Source: Deltaproteobacteria bacterium (GTDB taxonomy: Bacteria > Myxococcota > Kuafuiibacteriia > Kuafuiibacteriales > Kuafuiibacteriaceae). From it: a stretch of 64,000 nucleotides of DNA. This document shows, piece after piece, positions 26,207 through 36,345 of the stretch (positions are counted from its first letter, which is position 1; every line of letters begins with the position of its first letter). The position numbers and the translations under genes are program-made. Below the pieces are notes generated by a model. It saw only the letters and a program-made list of their open reading frames with translations. It had not been told where the DNA came from and ran no database searches. The stretch is from the NCBI GenBank assembly GCA_040218735.1, contig JAVJQW010000011.1:128001-192000 (forward strand), given 5' to 3'.

Positions 26207-27777
26207 TCGGCCGGCCTCACGTAGATCTCGTCGATCCCCACGCTCGCGCCATCCGACAGCGCGGGCAAGAACCGGTAGCGGAACGTCGCCGTCTTCACGG
26301 CGTCCGGGATGGTCACCACGACGCGACCGGCCCGCCAGTCGAGTGTGCTCTGCGAACCGAGCGTCAGCCCGTTGTCACGCCGCGACGTCGGCGGGAAGAC
26401 CGCACGACTGCCGTCGACGAGCGTACCGTCGACCCAGCTCGAGTCCTGGCCACAGTTGGCGCCGCAGAACTGCACGACGACCTCCTGCGGGGCCGTCTCC
26501 CACTGCGCGGGATCCGTGCCCTGCTCCGCGACCTTGAACGTCACGCCGACGTTGAAGCCGACGTAGTCGAACCGCAGCTGCATCGGGCCGGCGGCGGACA
26601 GGTCGATCGCCGGGGACGTCAGCGCCTGCTCCAGATCGAAGAGTTGCGCGCGGTCGTAGTTGCGCGGCGTCGGGTAGCAGCCGTCGTCGCCGAGCGCGAG
26701 GCAGCGGTTGCGGAAGTCCGCGCACTCCGCCGTGCTCATCATCGCCGCCCGACAGTTCGCCGACTCGCCGCAGGAGATGCAGTCGGTGCAGACGTTCGCG
26801 GTGAGGCACATCGTGTCCACGCACATGCCGCACTCCGTCGAGTTGGGGTTCGCGCACGGCCCGCCGCAAGTCGTGTTGCGGCACATCGCCACCGAGGTGT
26901 CGCAGTCCTGGCAGACGGTGCACGCGCGCCCGGCCGCCTGGGCCTCACACGAGACGAGCCGGTCGCCGATCGTGTCGGGCGGCGCGTTCGGGCAGGCGTC
27001 ACACGCCGTGCAGACGCTCGAGCACTCACTCGGCGGGGTCGCCGGGCACGACAACGGCTGCGGCAACGACCACAGCCGGTCCGGCGCGCCCGGGCACGTC
27101 GCGAGGGTGACGTTCTGTCCAGAGGGCGGCGGGTTCGCGAGGCAGTCGAGGCAACACGCGCACGCCTTGCAGGTGAACGACGTGTCCGCCTGTCCCTTCG
27201 GCGAAGCGGCGCGATACCGCAGCCACACGAAGTTGTTCCCGAGCGAAGCGGTGCCGGCGCAGCGCTCGTCACCGAGCGTGCACCCCGCGACACCGAGCGT
27301 CGCGATCTTGGTGAGCGGGTTCGCGATGTTGGGCTCGTTGGGGTCGGCCTGTGGGGCGACGAAGCCGAGCGTGGTGAGGTCGACGAACGTCTCCCCGTCC
27401 CGGATCTCGAAGCTCTCGTAGTGGAAGGCGCAGCGCCCCTCTACGCACTCCTGGCCGGCGCCGCACGCGTTGGTCGGGCAGCCCGTGCGGCAGCGGAGGT
27501 TCTCGCAGATCGGTATCTGCGGCTGAGGGTCGCCGACGTTGACACACGCCTCGTCCAGCTCGTCGCGGTCGATGACGCAGTCCGAGTCCTCGGTGCACGC
27601 GCGCAGGCATCGGCCGTCGAGGCACGTGAGGTTCGAGAAACCTTCGTCGATGCAGTCCTGCGCCGTCTGACACTCGAGCTCGGTGACGACGACCTTCGGC
27701 GCGCACGTCGGGTCGTCCGAGGAACAGCCGAGGAGCCCCGCGGTCAGGAGCGCGGCGAGAGGGACCGCGAATCGCAT
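26203..27777 (-). CDS. Very Cys-rich lipoprotein
   Basis: Lipobox GLLGC and dense CxxC/CxxxC arrays with no CxxCH. An alternative TTG start lies at 27786. Confidence 0.8.
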   Translation of the reverse strand: MRFAVPLAALLTAGLLGCSSDDPTCAPKVVVTELECQTAQDCIDEGFSNLTCLDGRCLRACTEDSDCVIDRDELDEACVNVGDPQPQIPICENLRCRTGCPTNACGAGQECVEGRCAFHYESFEIRDGETFVDLTTLGFVAPQADPNEPNIANPLTKIATLGVAGCTLGDERCAGTASLGNNFVWLRYRAASPKGQADTSFTCKACACCLDCLANPPPSGQNVTLATCPGAPDRLWSLPQPLSCPATPPSECSSVCTACDACPNAPPDTIGDRLVSCEAQAAGRACTVCQDCDTSVAMCRNTTCGGPCANPNSTECGMCVDTMCLTANVCTDCISCGESANCRAAMMSTAECADFRNRCLALGDDGCYPTPRNYDRAQLFDLEQALTSPAIDLSAAGPMQLRFDYVGFNVGVTFKVAEQGTDPAQWETAPQEVVVQFCGANCGQDSSWVDGTLVDGSRAVFPPTSRRDNGLTLGSQSTLDWRAGRVVVTIPDAVKTATFRYRFLPALSDGASVGIDEIYVRPAE

Positions 27778-27790
27778 GGCGTTCAAACTA

Positions 27791-28810
27791 TCACGACGCC
27801 ATGAGGCGGAACACCAGGCGCTCCATGGCCCGCGTGTTGTCCAGCGCGCCGCCCTTGAGGTCGCGGTCGGTCGCGGTGACGGCCGCCAAGCCGCGCGCGA
27901 GGGTCTTCAGATCGTGACGCCGCGCCTGGGACAGCAGGTTGTCCATCACGAACGGGGGGACGCCGACCATCGCCTGGATCTCCCCCCGCGAAACCCCGGC
28001 ATCCAGCGCGGCGCGCGCCTTCGTGAGGTTGCGATAGTGACGTGCGACCAACGCCAGCAGGCGAAGCGGGTGGTCACGGGCGACGCCGAGGATGCCGTGC
28101 AGGCCCTCCAGCACCGCGGCCCGGTTGCCGGTGCCGATCGCGTCCACGAGCTTGAAGATGTTCTCCTCCTTCGTGACCGCGACCACGGCCGCGACGTCGT
28201 CCGCGGTGATCTTGCGCGCAGGCTCGCCGACGTACAGCGACAGCACCTCCAGCGCCTGGCTGGCGGCGCCGACGTCCGTCCCCACCGCGTCCACGATCGC
28301 GCGCACCGCGCGGGCGTCCACGTCGATCTTCATCTTGCGCGCGCGCGCCCGCACGACGTCCGGCATCTCGCGCGCGTTGGGGCTGGAGAAGCGGACGGTG
28401 ACCTTCGCCTTGGCGGCTGCCTTGTACGCTTTGCCGCGTCCGTCGAACTTGTCGGCGACGAACAGCACCGTCGTCGTCGGGCTCGGATCCTTCAGGTAGG
28501 CGAGGAACGCGTCGAGGTTCTTGTCGAAGTCGAGTTTGTCCGCGTGCTGGCAGATCACCAACCGCCGCTGCGCGAACGCCGGGAAGGTCTGCGCGGCGTC
28601 GATCACCCGCGCGATGGAGGCGTCGCGCCCCGAGAACTGGTCGACGTTGAAGTCCCGCGCGTGTGGCGGCACCGCGGCGTCGCGAACGGCGGCGACGAAC
28701 TCGTCGACGAGCACACGCTCTTCGCCGTCGAGCACGTAGACGGGCTGCGGGCCCTGGTCGGCGAGGACCTGGTACGGATCGACCTTCGGCTTCTTCTTCC
28801 GCGGCGGCAT
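27791..28810 (-). CDS. holA: DNA polymerase III delta subunit
   Basis: PVYVLDGEE, FNVDQF, TFPAFAQRRLVI, ENIFKLVDAI and DRDLKGG. Confidence 0.9.
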   Translation of the reverse strand: MPPRKKKPKVDPYQVLADQGPQPVYVLDGEERVLVDEFVAAVRDAAVPPHARDFNVDQFSGRDASIARVIDAAQTFPAFAQRRLVICQHADKLDFDKNLDAFLAYLKDPSPTTTVLFVADKFDGRGKAYKAAAKAKVTVRFSSPNAREMPDVVRARARKMKIDVDARAVRAIVDAVGTDVGAASQALEVLSLYVGEPARKITADDVAAVVAVTKEENIFKLVDAIGTGNRAAVLEGLHGILGVARDHPLRLLALVARHYRNLTKARAALDAGVSRGEIQAMVGVPPFVMDNLLSQARRHDLKTLARGLAAVTATDRDLKGGALDNTRAMERLVFRLMAS

Positions 28811-29829
28811 CAGAACAGCAGGCCGCGGTAACGTTCGAGGTCCTCGAGGACGATGCCGACGCCGTTCACCACGGCGAGCAGCGGGTCCTCCGCGACGATG
28901 GCCGGGATGCCGGTCTCCTCGCGGAGCACGAGGTCGAGGCCCTTGAGCCCGGCGCCGCCGCCGACGAGGACGAGCCCCCGCTCGGCGAGGTCCGCGGACA
29001 GCTCGGGCGGCGTGCGCTCGAGGACGGAGCGGCACGCCTCGACGATCGCCTGGATGGTGTCGGCGAGGCCTTCGCGGACGTCCTCGCCCGTGATGTTGAT
29101 CGACCGCGGCACCCCGGAGATCAGGTCGCGCCCCTTGAGGTCCATCGCGCCCGAAGGGCTGTCGCGGTGGACGTTGCCGATCTTCATCTTGATCGCCTCG
29201 GCGGTGCGCTCGCCGATCAGGATGTTCGAGCGGCGGCGCACGTACTGGATGATCGCGTCGTCCATCGAGTCGCCCGCGATCTTGAGCGTGCGGTAGGTGA
29301 CGAGGCCGCCGAGGGAGATGACGGCGACGTCCGTCGTGCCGCCGCCGATGTCGATGATCATGCTCCCGCGCGCGTCGAGCACCGGGAGCCCGGCGCCGAC
29401 GGCGGCGGCCATGGGCTGCTCGATGAGGAGCACCTCGCGGACGCCGGCCGAGAGCGCGGCCTCGCGGACCGCCTTGGTCTCGACGTCGGTGATGCCGGCG
29501 GGGATCGAGATGACGAGGCGCGAGCGGATCAGGTGGTTACGCTTGTGCGCCTTGCGGATGAAGTACTTGAGCATCGCCTCGGTGACGGCGAAGTCCGCGA
29601 TGACCCCCTCGCGCATGGGGCGGATCGCGTCGATGTTGCCCGGCGTCTTGCCGAGCATCTCCTTGGCCTCGTGACCGACCGCGACGACCTTCCGGCTGCT
29701 CTTGGCGATGGCGACGACGGAGGGCTCGTCCAGGACGATCCCCCGCCCGCGCATGTGTACGAGCGTATTGGCGGTCCCCAGATCGATCGCGATGTCCTGG
29801 GAGAACATCCCGAGCAGGCCATCGAACAC
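28810..29829 (-). CDS. mreB: MreB/Mbl actin-like protein (no mreC/mreD adjacent)
   Basis: IDLGTANT, EPSVVA, RPMREGVIADF, DIGGGTTD, TPPEL and LVGGGA, with an amphipathic N-terminus. Confidence 0.9.
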   Translation of the reverse strand: MFDGLLGMFSQDIAIDLGTANTLVHMRGRGIVLDEPSVVAIAKSSRKVVAVGHEAKEMLGKTPGNIDAIRPMREGVIADFAVTEAMLKYFIRKAHKRNHLIRSRLVISIPAGITDVETKAVREAALSAGVREVLLIEQPMAAAVGAGLPVLDARGSMIIDIGGGTTDVAVISLGGLVTYRTLKIAGDSMDDAIIQYVRRRSNILIGERTAEAIKMKIGNVHRDSPSGAMDLKGRDLISGVPRSINITGEDVREGLADTIQAIVEACRSVLERTPPELSADLAERGLVLVGGGAGLKGLDLVLREETGIPAIVAEDPLLAVVNGVGIVLEDLERYRGLLF

Positions 29830-29851
29830 GGCGCGGGGAGTAGCAGGTTTG

Positions 29852-30307
29852 TTACTTGGGATCGAGGCGCTTCTTCACCTCTTTGAGCGCGTCGAGGTTC
29901 TGCACGTGCGCGAGGCTCCCGATGAGGAATTCCTTCGTCGCCTCGTTGAGCTGGGCGACCTCGTCGCGGCCCACACCGACGGCCTCGGCGTACTGGTGGA
30001 TGAGGTCGTCCTCCTCCTGGGCGTACACGCCGTCGGCGAACGCGAGGAGGATGAGGCTCTTGACGTAGAGCGAGCGCAGCTCGGCCGTGGCGAAGAGGTC
30101 CTTGGCCGCGGCGGGGTCGAACTTGCCGCCGGCGAACTCCTCGAGCCGGGGGTCACCGGCGCGCGAGCAGCTGTCGTAGAACTGCCGAATCAGCTGCATC
30201 TCGTTGTCGTGAATGCCGTCGACCTTTGCGAGCGCCATGAGGGCGTGGGTGAGGCACTTGACCTGATCGAAGTCGAGGTCCTGATGGGAGAAGAACTCGG
30301 GGATCAT
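29852..30307 (-). CDS. TerB-family protein
   Basis: Twofold repeat LAKVDG...E and LAFADG...EE typical of TerB-like helical domains. Confidence 0.75.
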   Translation of the reverse strand: MIPEFFSHQDLDFDQVKCLTHALMALAKVDGIHDNEMQLIRQFYDSCSRAGDPRLEEFAGGKFDPAAAKDLFATAELRSLYVKSLILLAFADGVYAQEEDDLIHQYAEAVGVGRDEVAQLNEATKEFLIGSLAHVQNLDALKEVKKRLDPK

Positions 30308-30361
30308 GTTGCGGGTAGCTGTACCCACCGTCCGACCTGGCGACAAGGGGGACGGGTCGCT

Positions 30362-31393
30362 TCAGGGCGAAAGCGGGAAGACGGGGCCCCAGGCGGTGCG
30401 GATCGCGACGGAGACGTTGCCGATTCCCGGCACGGCGACCTGCCCGCGGACCTCCTGATCGCGGCGGAGCTCGAGCGTCCAGGGCTGGGTCGGGTTCGCC
30501 GCTTGCCAGGCCTGCTGCGCGTCGAAGGGGATGTTGTAGCCGCCGTCGTTGAGCGGTGCGCACGTCAGCACGACCTCGCCGTCGGCGTCGGTCGCGACGA
30601 CGGTGATCGGCTGGTCGATCGGCATCGTGTTCCAGGAGATCGGGTTGTTGAGCGTGGTCGTCGAGCCGGGCGCGAGCACCGAGCCCGTGACCTCCGTCGG
30701 CACCGGAACGGGGATCGGCCCCGGTGAAAACGCCCCGCCGCCCGCGCCCGCGACGAACGTGACCGTCGGGTTCTGAGCGGCGGCGAACATGCGGCGCGTG
30801 TACTGCGTCCCCGCCGCGGGTTCGTAGCGCCCGTCCGAGGTGTACTCGAGGTTGATCGTCGCGACGCTCCCGCCCAGCGCGACCTCGACGTGGTCCGTAC
30901 GGATCGGGACCAGCGTCCCTCCGCTCTGGCGGCGCACGACGAGCTCGCAGTCGCCGTCGTTGTTCAGGAAGGTGTCGCTCGTCGTGTCGAACGAGGCCAT
31001 CGACTCGTCGACGAGCTCCGCCGTCACGACGTACTCGGAGCTGTTCGCCCCCGAGGTCTGCTCGCGGATCCACACCGCGCCGCGGGCGCCCGGAACGGAG
31101 GCGTCGGGGAAGCCTGCGTCGCCGACGCCGCCGTCGCGGGGCGTCGACATGTCGCCGCCGTCGCGGTCCATGGTGTTGGTCGACGTCATGGTCCCGCCGT
31201 CCCGCATCGGCAGGCAGCTCCCGGACGGCCCGGCGTCACAGCGGTCCGTCGGCACGAAGGGTTGCTCCGCGACGCACTCGCCGTCGTCGCACTTGAAGCC
31301 CCCACCGCAGTCCGCCCGATTCTCACACTCGCTGGAGCAAGCCGTCGCCCCCGCCAGCATCCCCGCCACGACACAGATCCCGAATACGCGCAT
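30362..31393 (-). CDS. Lipoprotein with small Cys-rich module and RDGG/DAG linker
   Basis: Lipobox GATAC, CENRADC...C...C, and RDGG repeats. Confidence 0.78.
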   Translation of the reverse strand: MRVFGICVVAGMLAGATACSSECENRADCGGGFKCDDGECVAEQPFVPTDRCDAGPSGSCLPMRDGGTMTSTNTMDRDGGDMSTPRDGGVGDAGFPDASVPGARGAVWIREQTSGANSSEYVVTAELVDESMASFDTTSDTFLNNDGDCELVVRRQSGGTLVPIRTDHVEVALGGSVATINLEYTSDGRYEPAAGTQYTRRMFAAAQNPTVTFVAGAGGGAFSPGPIPVPVPTEVTGSVLAPGSTTTLNNPISWNTMPIDQPITVVATDADGEVVLTCAPLNDGGYNIPFDAQQAWQAANPTQPWTLELRRDQEVRGQVAVPGIGNVSVAIRTAWGPVFPLSP

Positions 31394-31444
31394 CACGCCC
31401 GATTATGGCCCCAATCGACCCCGCTGCGTAGAATCGAGCCACGA

Positions 31445-32974
31445 ATGCCGAACTACGCGGACCTGGAACCGATCCCGGAGGCCGAAACGGCGGACCTCAT
31501 GCCCGATCTCGGCCTCGCCGCCGAGTCGGGGACCCTGGACCCGGCCGACCGCATCTACGTCAACCGAACGCTGCGCCTGGACCAGATCCGGCAGGTCGGC
31601 TTCGACATGGACTACACCCTCGCGCCCTACGCGAAGCTCGAGATCGAGAGCCTGTCCTATCGCCTCACCGCGGAGCGCCTCGTGCGCGAGCTCGGCTACC
31701 CCGAGTCGATCCTCGACATCCAGTACGAACCGTCGTTCGTCCTGCGCGGGCTCGTCGTCGACAAACGCCTCGGCAACATCTTCAAGATGGACCGCTACAA
31801 CCACGTTGGCCGCGTCTTCCACGGGCGACGTGAGCTCACGAAGGACGAGCGCCGCAAACACTACCGCAACGTGAAGATCCGCCTGTCGGCGTCGCGGTAC
31901 CACTGGCTCGACACCCTCTTCGCGCTCCCGGAGGCGGCCCTCTACTCCGGCATCATCGAGCACTACGAGCAGGACCTTCAAAAACGCGTCGCGTTCCACA
32001 AGCTGTTCGACGACATCCGCAACTCGATCGACGCCTGCCACCGCGACGGCTCGCTCAAGACGATCATCAAGGCGGACCTGCAGCGTTACATCATCGCCGA
32101 CCCCGAGCTGCCGACGACGCTGCACCGCCTCCGCTCCGCCGGCAAACGCCTCTTCGTCCTGACCAACTCCTACTGGGACTACACCAACGCGGTGATGAGC
32201 TACCTCCTCGACGATCGCCTCGCCGAGTACCCGCGGTGGCTCAACTACTTCGACGTGGTGATCGTCGGCGCGCAGAAGCCGGGCTTCTTCACCGGCAAGG
32301 CGCCGTTCCTCCGGGTCGATCCGCGGACGGGAGAAGTGTCCGACGAACCCGCGACGCGCTTCGAACAACGTGGCGTCTACCAGGGCGGCAACATCTCACG
32401 CTTCGAGAAGATCGCACCCGGCGGCGAGTCGGTGCTCTACGTCGGCGACCACATCTACGGCGACATCATCCGCTCCAAGAAGGACTCGCTGTGGCGCACC
32501 GCGCTGGTGCTCGAGGAGCTCGAGTACGAGCAGGCCCGCGCGCGCGAGATCCAGCACGCTCAGTCGGACCTCATCGAGCTCGAGGATCGTCGCCGCGCGC
32601 TCGACCACGAGGTCCTCACGATCAAGCTCCGCATCAACGCCATCGAGCAGGCCTTCGACACCGCGAACATCTCCCGCGAGCGCACCACCGAGCTCGCGGG
32701 TGCGAAGCGACGGCTGCGGATGCTCCTGGACCGCAAACGGCGCAGCCTCAACACGGTGATCGAACGACGCGAGATCCTCACCGAGGAGATCGACCGCGCC
32801 TACAACCCGTACTGGGGGAGTGTCTTCAAGGAGGGCTCCGACGTCTCGCGCTTCGGCGAGCAGGTCGAGGAGTACGCGTGCATCTACACGAGCCGTGTGA
32901 GCAACCTGTCGAAGTACTCACCCACGCAATACTTCCGCGCCGTGCGCCACTGGATGCCGCACGAGAAGGCGTGA
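31445..32974 (+). CDS. HAD-IG family 5'-nucleotidase (cN-II-like)
   Basis: IYVNR, GFDMDYTL, LTNS, KPGFF, LYVGDHIYGDI, WRTAL and ACIYTSRVSN. Confidence 0.95.
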   Translation: MPNYADLEPIPEAETADLMPDLGLAAESGTLDPADRIYVNRTLRLDQIRQVGFDMDYTLAPYAKLEIESLSYRLTAERLVRELGYPESILDIQYEPSFVLRGLVVDKRLGNIFKMDRYNHVGRVFHGRRELTKDERRKHYRNVKIRLSASRYHWLDTLFALPEAALYSGIIEHYEQDLQKRVAFHKLFDDIRNSIDACHRDGSLKTIIKADLQRYIIADPELPTTLHRLRSAGKRLFVLTNSYWDYTNAVMSYLLDDRLAEYPRWLNYFDVVIVGAQKPGFFTGKAPFLRVDPRTGEVSDEPATRFEQRGVYQGGNISRFEKIAPGGESVLYVGDHIYGDIIRSKKDSLWRTALVLEELEYEQARAREIQHAQSDLIELEDRRRALDHEVLTIKLRINAIEQAFDTANISRERTTELAGAKRRLRMLLDRKRRSLNTVIERREILTEEIDRAYNPYWGSVFKEGSDVSRFGEQVEEYACIYTSRVSNLSKYSPTQYFRAVRHWMPHEKA

Positions 32975-33084
32975 CGTCGTAGCGCCTGCGCCCCGCTGCG
33001 TCACGGTAGGGCGCGCTCGCCGACGGGTTTACGGACCTGACGGCCACCCCTTTCCCTTCGGTAAGGTGCGCGTCCAGGAGGGTC

Positions 33085-33819
33085 GTGGACGTGAAGAGGA
33101 CTTGGTGGATCGCAGCGTTCTTGGGGGCGGGGGTTTCGGGGTGTGGTCTGGGTGCGCTGCTCAGCGCTCCGCGCATCGTCGACGCGGACAACGATGACGT
33201 CGTCTTCATCGGCGACTCGATCTTCGCGCTGTCGGGGGAGATCCAAGCGAACCTCCACGTCCGCAACGGCGGGACGTTCCGCAACTACACCACGTCCGGC
33301 GCCGAGCTCACGGGTGGGCTGATCAACCCGTCCGTCGAGCAGCAGTTCGAGCTCGCGGTGACGGACCCGCCGAACAGCTCGATCGTGGTCATGGACGGCG
33401 GCGGCAACGACATCCTCATCCCGGCCGTCGCGCTGTTCGATCCCTACGACTGCAAGACGCAGTGGTACGAGTTCGGGCGCCTCTCGCGCAGCTGCAAGAA
33501 CTTCATCGACGACATCTACGTCGACGCGGTCGACCTGCTCGACGAGATGAGCGCAGACGGCATCGATGAGGTCGTCTACCTCGGGTACTACTACCCGAAG
33601 GCCGGCTTGCTCGGCGCCGACGACCTCGACGAAGCCGTCGACTACGGCGACATGCGCCTCGCGCAGGCGTGCAACAACTCGATCACGTCGTGTGCCTTCG
33701 TCGACCCGCGGGGCACGATCAAGAACCGCGACATCGTCGCGGACGGCGTGCACCCTTCGACGTCCGGTTCGAACAAGATCGCCGACCTCATCTGGCCGGT
33801 GCTGTCGCCGCTCCTCTGA
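33085..33819 (+). CDS. SGNH/GDSL hydrolase lipoprotein
   Basis: Lipobox GVSGC; blocks FIGDS, SGA, GGGND and DGVHP; AGGAGG Shine-Dalgarno. Confidence 0.9.
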   Translation: MDVKRTWWIAAFLGAGVSGCGLGALLSAPRIVDADNDDVVFIGDSIFALSGEIQANLHVRNGGTFRNYTTSGAELTGGLINPSVEQQFELAVTDPPNSSIVVMDGGGNDILIPAVALFDPYDCKTQWYEFGRLSRSCKNFIDDIYVDAVDLLDEMSADGIDEVVYLGYYYPKAGLLGADDLDEAVDYGDMRLAQACNNSITSCAFVDPRGTIKNRDIVADGVHPSTSGSNKIADLIWPVLSPLL

Positions 33820-34487
33820 TGCGCGTCGCCCTGCTGCTGGTCGGCGCCGCGACGCTCGCTGCGCTGTTCGCGCTTCAGACGATGCACGAGGCCCCGGCGG
33901 TCGGTCCCGCCGAACGGGTCGAACGGGTCGAACGGGCTCACCGTGCCGCGGACGCAGCGCGCCCTGCGGCGCTCGTCGAACGTGCGCGCGACGCCGACCG
34001 CGACGAAGACGCGGCCCGCGCCGCGCTCCACGCGCGACTCGACGCCGCCGAAGGGTTCGATGCGCGCCTCGACGCACTGCTCGTCGCGACCTACGGCTCG
34101 ACCGGACGCATCCCGGAGCCGCTGCACCGTGGCCCGGTCGCGGAGTACTTCCTCCGCAACCCCGCCGTGCAAGCTGACTTGCAGGCCATGGCGGAAGTCG
34201 AACGGGCCGCCGCGCTCGCCCGGATGCGAACGCGCCTCGGGTTCGACGAGGAGCAGGTCGCCCGGCTCGCCGCGCGAGACCGGCGTCAGGCGGCCCGGTG
34301 GTCGAACGGCCTCGCGTACACAGCCGCCCGCGCGAAGGTCGTCGACCGGGTCGACGACGGAGAACGCGACGCTGCGCTCGCGGCGCTCCGCACCGAATAC
34401 TTCGGCGCACGCGCCGAGACGATCCGGCGGGAAGAGGAGAGCGGCTTCTTCCGGTTCGAGCGCCCGCGCATCCTCGGGCGCAACTGA
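33819..34487 (+). CDS. Lipase chaperone (Lif/foldase)-like membrane-anchored protein
   Basis: N-terminal TM anchor and helical body ending in L-x-x-LR-x-x-YFG-x-x-A-x-x-I, as in Lif C-termini. TGATG coupling to the SGNH gene. Confidence 0.6.
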   Translation: MRVALLLVGAATLAALFALQTMHEAPAVGPAERVERVERAHRAADAARPAALVERARDADRDEDAARAALHARLDAAEGFDARLDALLVATYGSTGRIPEPLHRGPVAEYFLRNPAVQADLQAMAEVERAAALARMRTRLGFDEEQVARLAARDRRQAARWSNGLAYTAARAKVVDRVDDGERDAALAALRTEYFGARAETIRREEESGFFRFERPRILGRN

Positions 34488-34489
34488 CG

Positions 34490-36250
34490 TCAGCGCTGGC
34501 CGAGTCGCACGAGGCGACCGGGGCGCTCGCCGGTGAGCTCGCCGTCCTTCGCGATCTCGGTCCCGGCCACGAACGTCGACACGTACCCCTCGGCGAACTG
34601 CAGCAGGCGCTGCCCGCCCGCGGGGAGGTCGCGGCGCATCTCGGGGGAGCGCAGCTTCAGGCGATCGAAGTCGATGATGTTGACGTCCGCGCGCTGGCCG
34701 ACTTCGAGCGTCCCGCGATCGTCGAAGCCGATGAACCGCGCGGTGTCGCGCGTCTGCTTCTTCACCAGCCGCTCCAGCTCGAAGCGGCCCCGTTCACGAT
34801 CGCGACCCCAGTGGGTGAGCAGGAACGTCGGGAAGCTCGCGTCGCAGATCGTCCCGACGTGCGCGCCGCCGTCGGAGAGGCCCGGCAGCGACGCGGGGTG
34901 GTCGAGCATCGTCCGTACGTTGTCGAGGTTGAGCTCGGTGTAGTTGTAGAAGGGGAAGTACAGGAGCGCCTTGCCGTCCTGGTCGAGGAGCGCGTCGTAG
35001 AGCACGTCGAGCATCCCGCGGTTTTCGCCCATCGCCTCCGCGAACAGACACGTCGTCGGGCCCGGCTCGTAGTCCGGCTCCTCGCCGAGGCGGTAGAGGC
35101 GCTTCGCGACGAGGTCGAGGTTCGCGAGGAAGTGATCCGCGATCGGCGGAATCGGGCTCCCGTCGCCGGAGACGCGCTCCGACTTCTCCGTGAGCATCTT
35201 CGCCTTCAGCGCCGGATCACGCATGCGCTTCACACGCTCTTCGAGCGGCAGGTGCGCGATGGCCTTGTAGCTCGGGAAGCCCATGAACGGCTGGAACGTC
35301 GCCTCGAGCCCGAGCAGCACACCGATCGCACGCGGCGCGACCTGCACGTGCATCGAGAGCCCGGACGCGTTGGCCTTCTCGACCCGCTCCAGGATGCGCC
35401 GCCACTGGTTCGGCTCCTGGTCGCGCTGCATCAAGGAGATCGACATCCTGTGCCCCGCGCCCGCGCGCGCCATCGACTCGATGATGTCGAACTCGGGATC
35501 GAAGCGCTCGGGCCCGACCGCCATGTCGAAGTCACTCACCGCCTGGAGCACGCCGTGGCCGAGGCCCTCGAACGCACCGGCGATCGTCATGAGTTCGCGC
35601 GCCGCCGCCTCGGAGGCCGGCGTCGCCTCCCCCTTCGCGCTGCGGTGGTTGTCGCTGCGGCCCGTCGAGAAGCCGACCGCCCCCGCCTGTAGCGAAGCGC
35701 GCACGTGGTTCTTCATCGCGGCGAGGTCGTCGTCGGTCGCCGCTTCGTTCGCCGCGCCGCGCTCACCCATCACGAACACCCGCAGCGCGTCGTGCGGAAC
35801 CTGCACCGCGAAGTCGATCGCGTGCGCGAACGAGTCGATCTTGTCCATGTACTCGGAGAACTTCGACCAGCCCCACGTGAGCCCCTCGGAGAGCGCGGTG
35901 CCCGGGATGTCCTCGACGCCCTCCATCAGCTCGATCAACCGGTCGTGGTCCGTGTCGCGCACCGGCGCGAAGCCGACGCCGCAGGACCCCATCACGCAGG
36001 TGGTGACGCCGTGGATCGACGAGGGCGCGAGGTCCGCGTCCCAGGAGACCTGGCCGTCGTAGTGCGTGTGGATGTCGACGAAGCCGGGGGTCACGAGCGC
36101 GCCCTCCGCGTCGACGGTGCGCGCCGCCGACTCGGGCGCGTCGCCCACCGCGACGATCTTGCCGTCCTTGATGCCGAGGTCACCGGTGCGCCGGGTCGCT
36201 CCGGTGCCATCGATGATCGTGCCGCCGCGGATCTTCAGGTCGTACGCCAT
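34490..36250 (-). CDS. N-acyl-D-amino-acid deacylase family amidohydrolase
   Basis: [32 protein letters not shown] and RPGRLVR. Confidence 0.92.
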   Translation of the reverse strand: MAYDLKIRGGTIIDGTGATRRTGDLGIKDGKIVAVGDAPESAARTVDAEGALVTPGFVDIHTHYDGQVSWDADLAPSSIHGVTTCVMGSCGVGFAPVRDTDHDRLIELMEGVEDIPGTALSEGLTWGWSKFSEYMDKIDSFAHAIDFAVQVPHDALRVFVMGERGAANEAATDDDLAAMKNHVRASLQAGAVGFSTGRSDNHRSAKGEATPASEAAARELMTIAGAFEGLGHGVLQAVSDFDMAVGPERFDPEFDIIESMARAGAGHRMSISLMQRDQEPNQWRRILERVEKANASGLSMHVQVAPRAIGVLLGLEATFQPFMGFPSYKAIAHLPLEERVKRMRDPALKAKMLTEKSERVSGDGSPIPPIADHFLANLDLVAKRLYRLGEEPDYEPGPTTCLFAEAMGENRGMLDVLYDALLDQDGKALLYFPFYNYTELNLDNVRTMLDHPASLPGLSDGGAHVGTICDASFPTFLLTHWGRDRERGRFELERLVKKQTRDTARFIGFDDRGTLEVGQRADVNIIDFDRLKLRSPEMRRDLPAGGQRLLQFAEGYVSTFVAGTEIAKDGELTGERPGRLVRLGQR

Positions 36251-36267
36251 GAACGAGTCATCTCAGA

Positions 36268-36287
36268 ATTTAACCGATCGGTCAAAT
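36268..36287. promoter_or_regulatory. Palindromic operator overlapping the -35 of the deacylase promoter
   Basis: ATTTAACCGATCGGTCAAAT is a 20 bp inverted repeat with one mismatched pair. It contains TTGACC on the minus strand, followed by N17-GATGAC. Confidence 0.65.
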
Positions 36288-36345
36288 CCGACATCGGGAG
36301 GACCGACCCCGTGCGACACGGCGTCCCACGGTGCGGTATGCCAAG

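Noticed and set aside
26203-27777. Multiheme cytochrome
   Set aside because: Many CxxC motifs but none is followed by His.
33909-33936. Tandem 9 bp repeat (GTCGAACGG)
   Set aside because: Short in-frame coding repeat (ERVERVER), too small to indicate phase variation.
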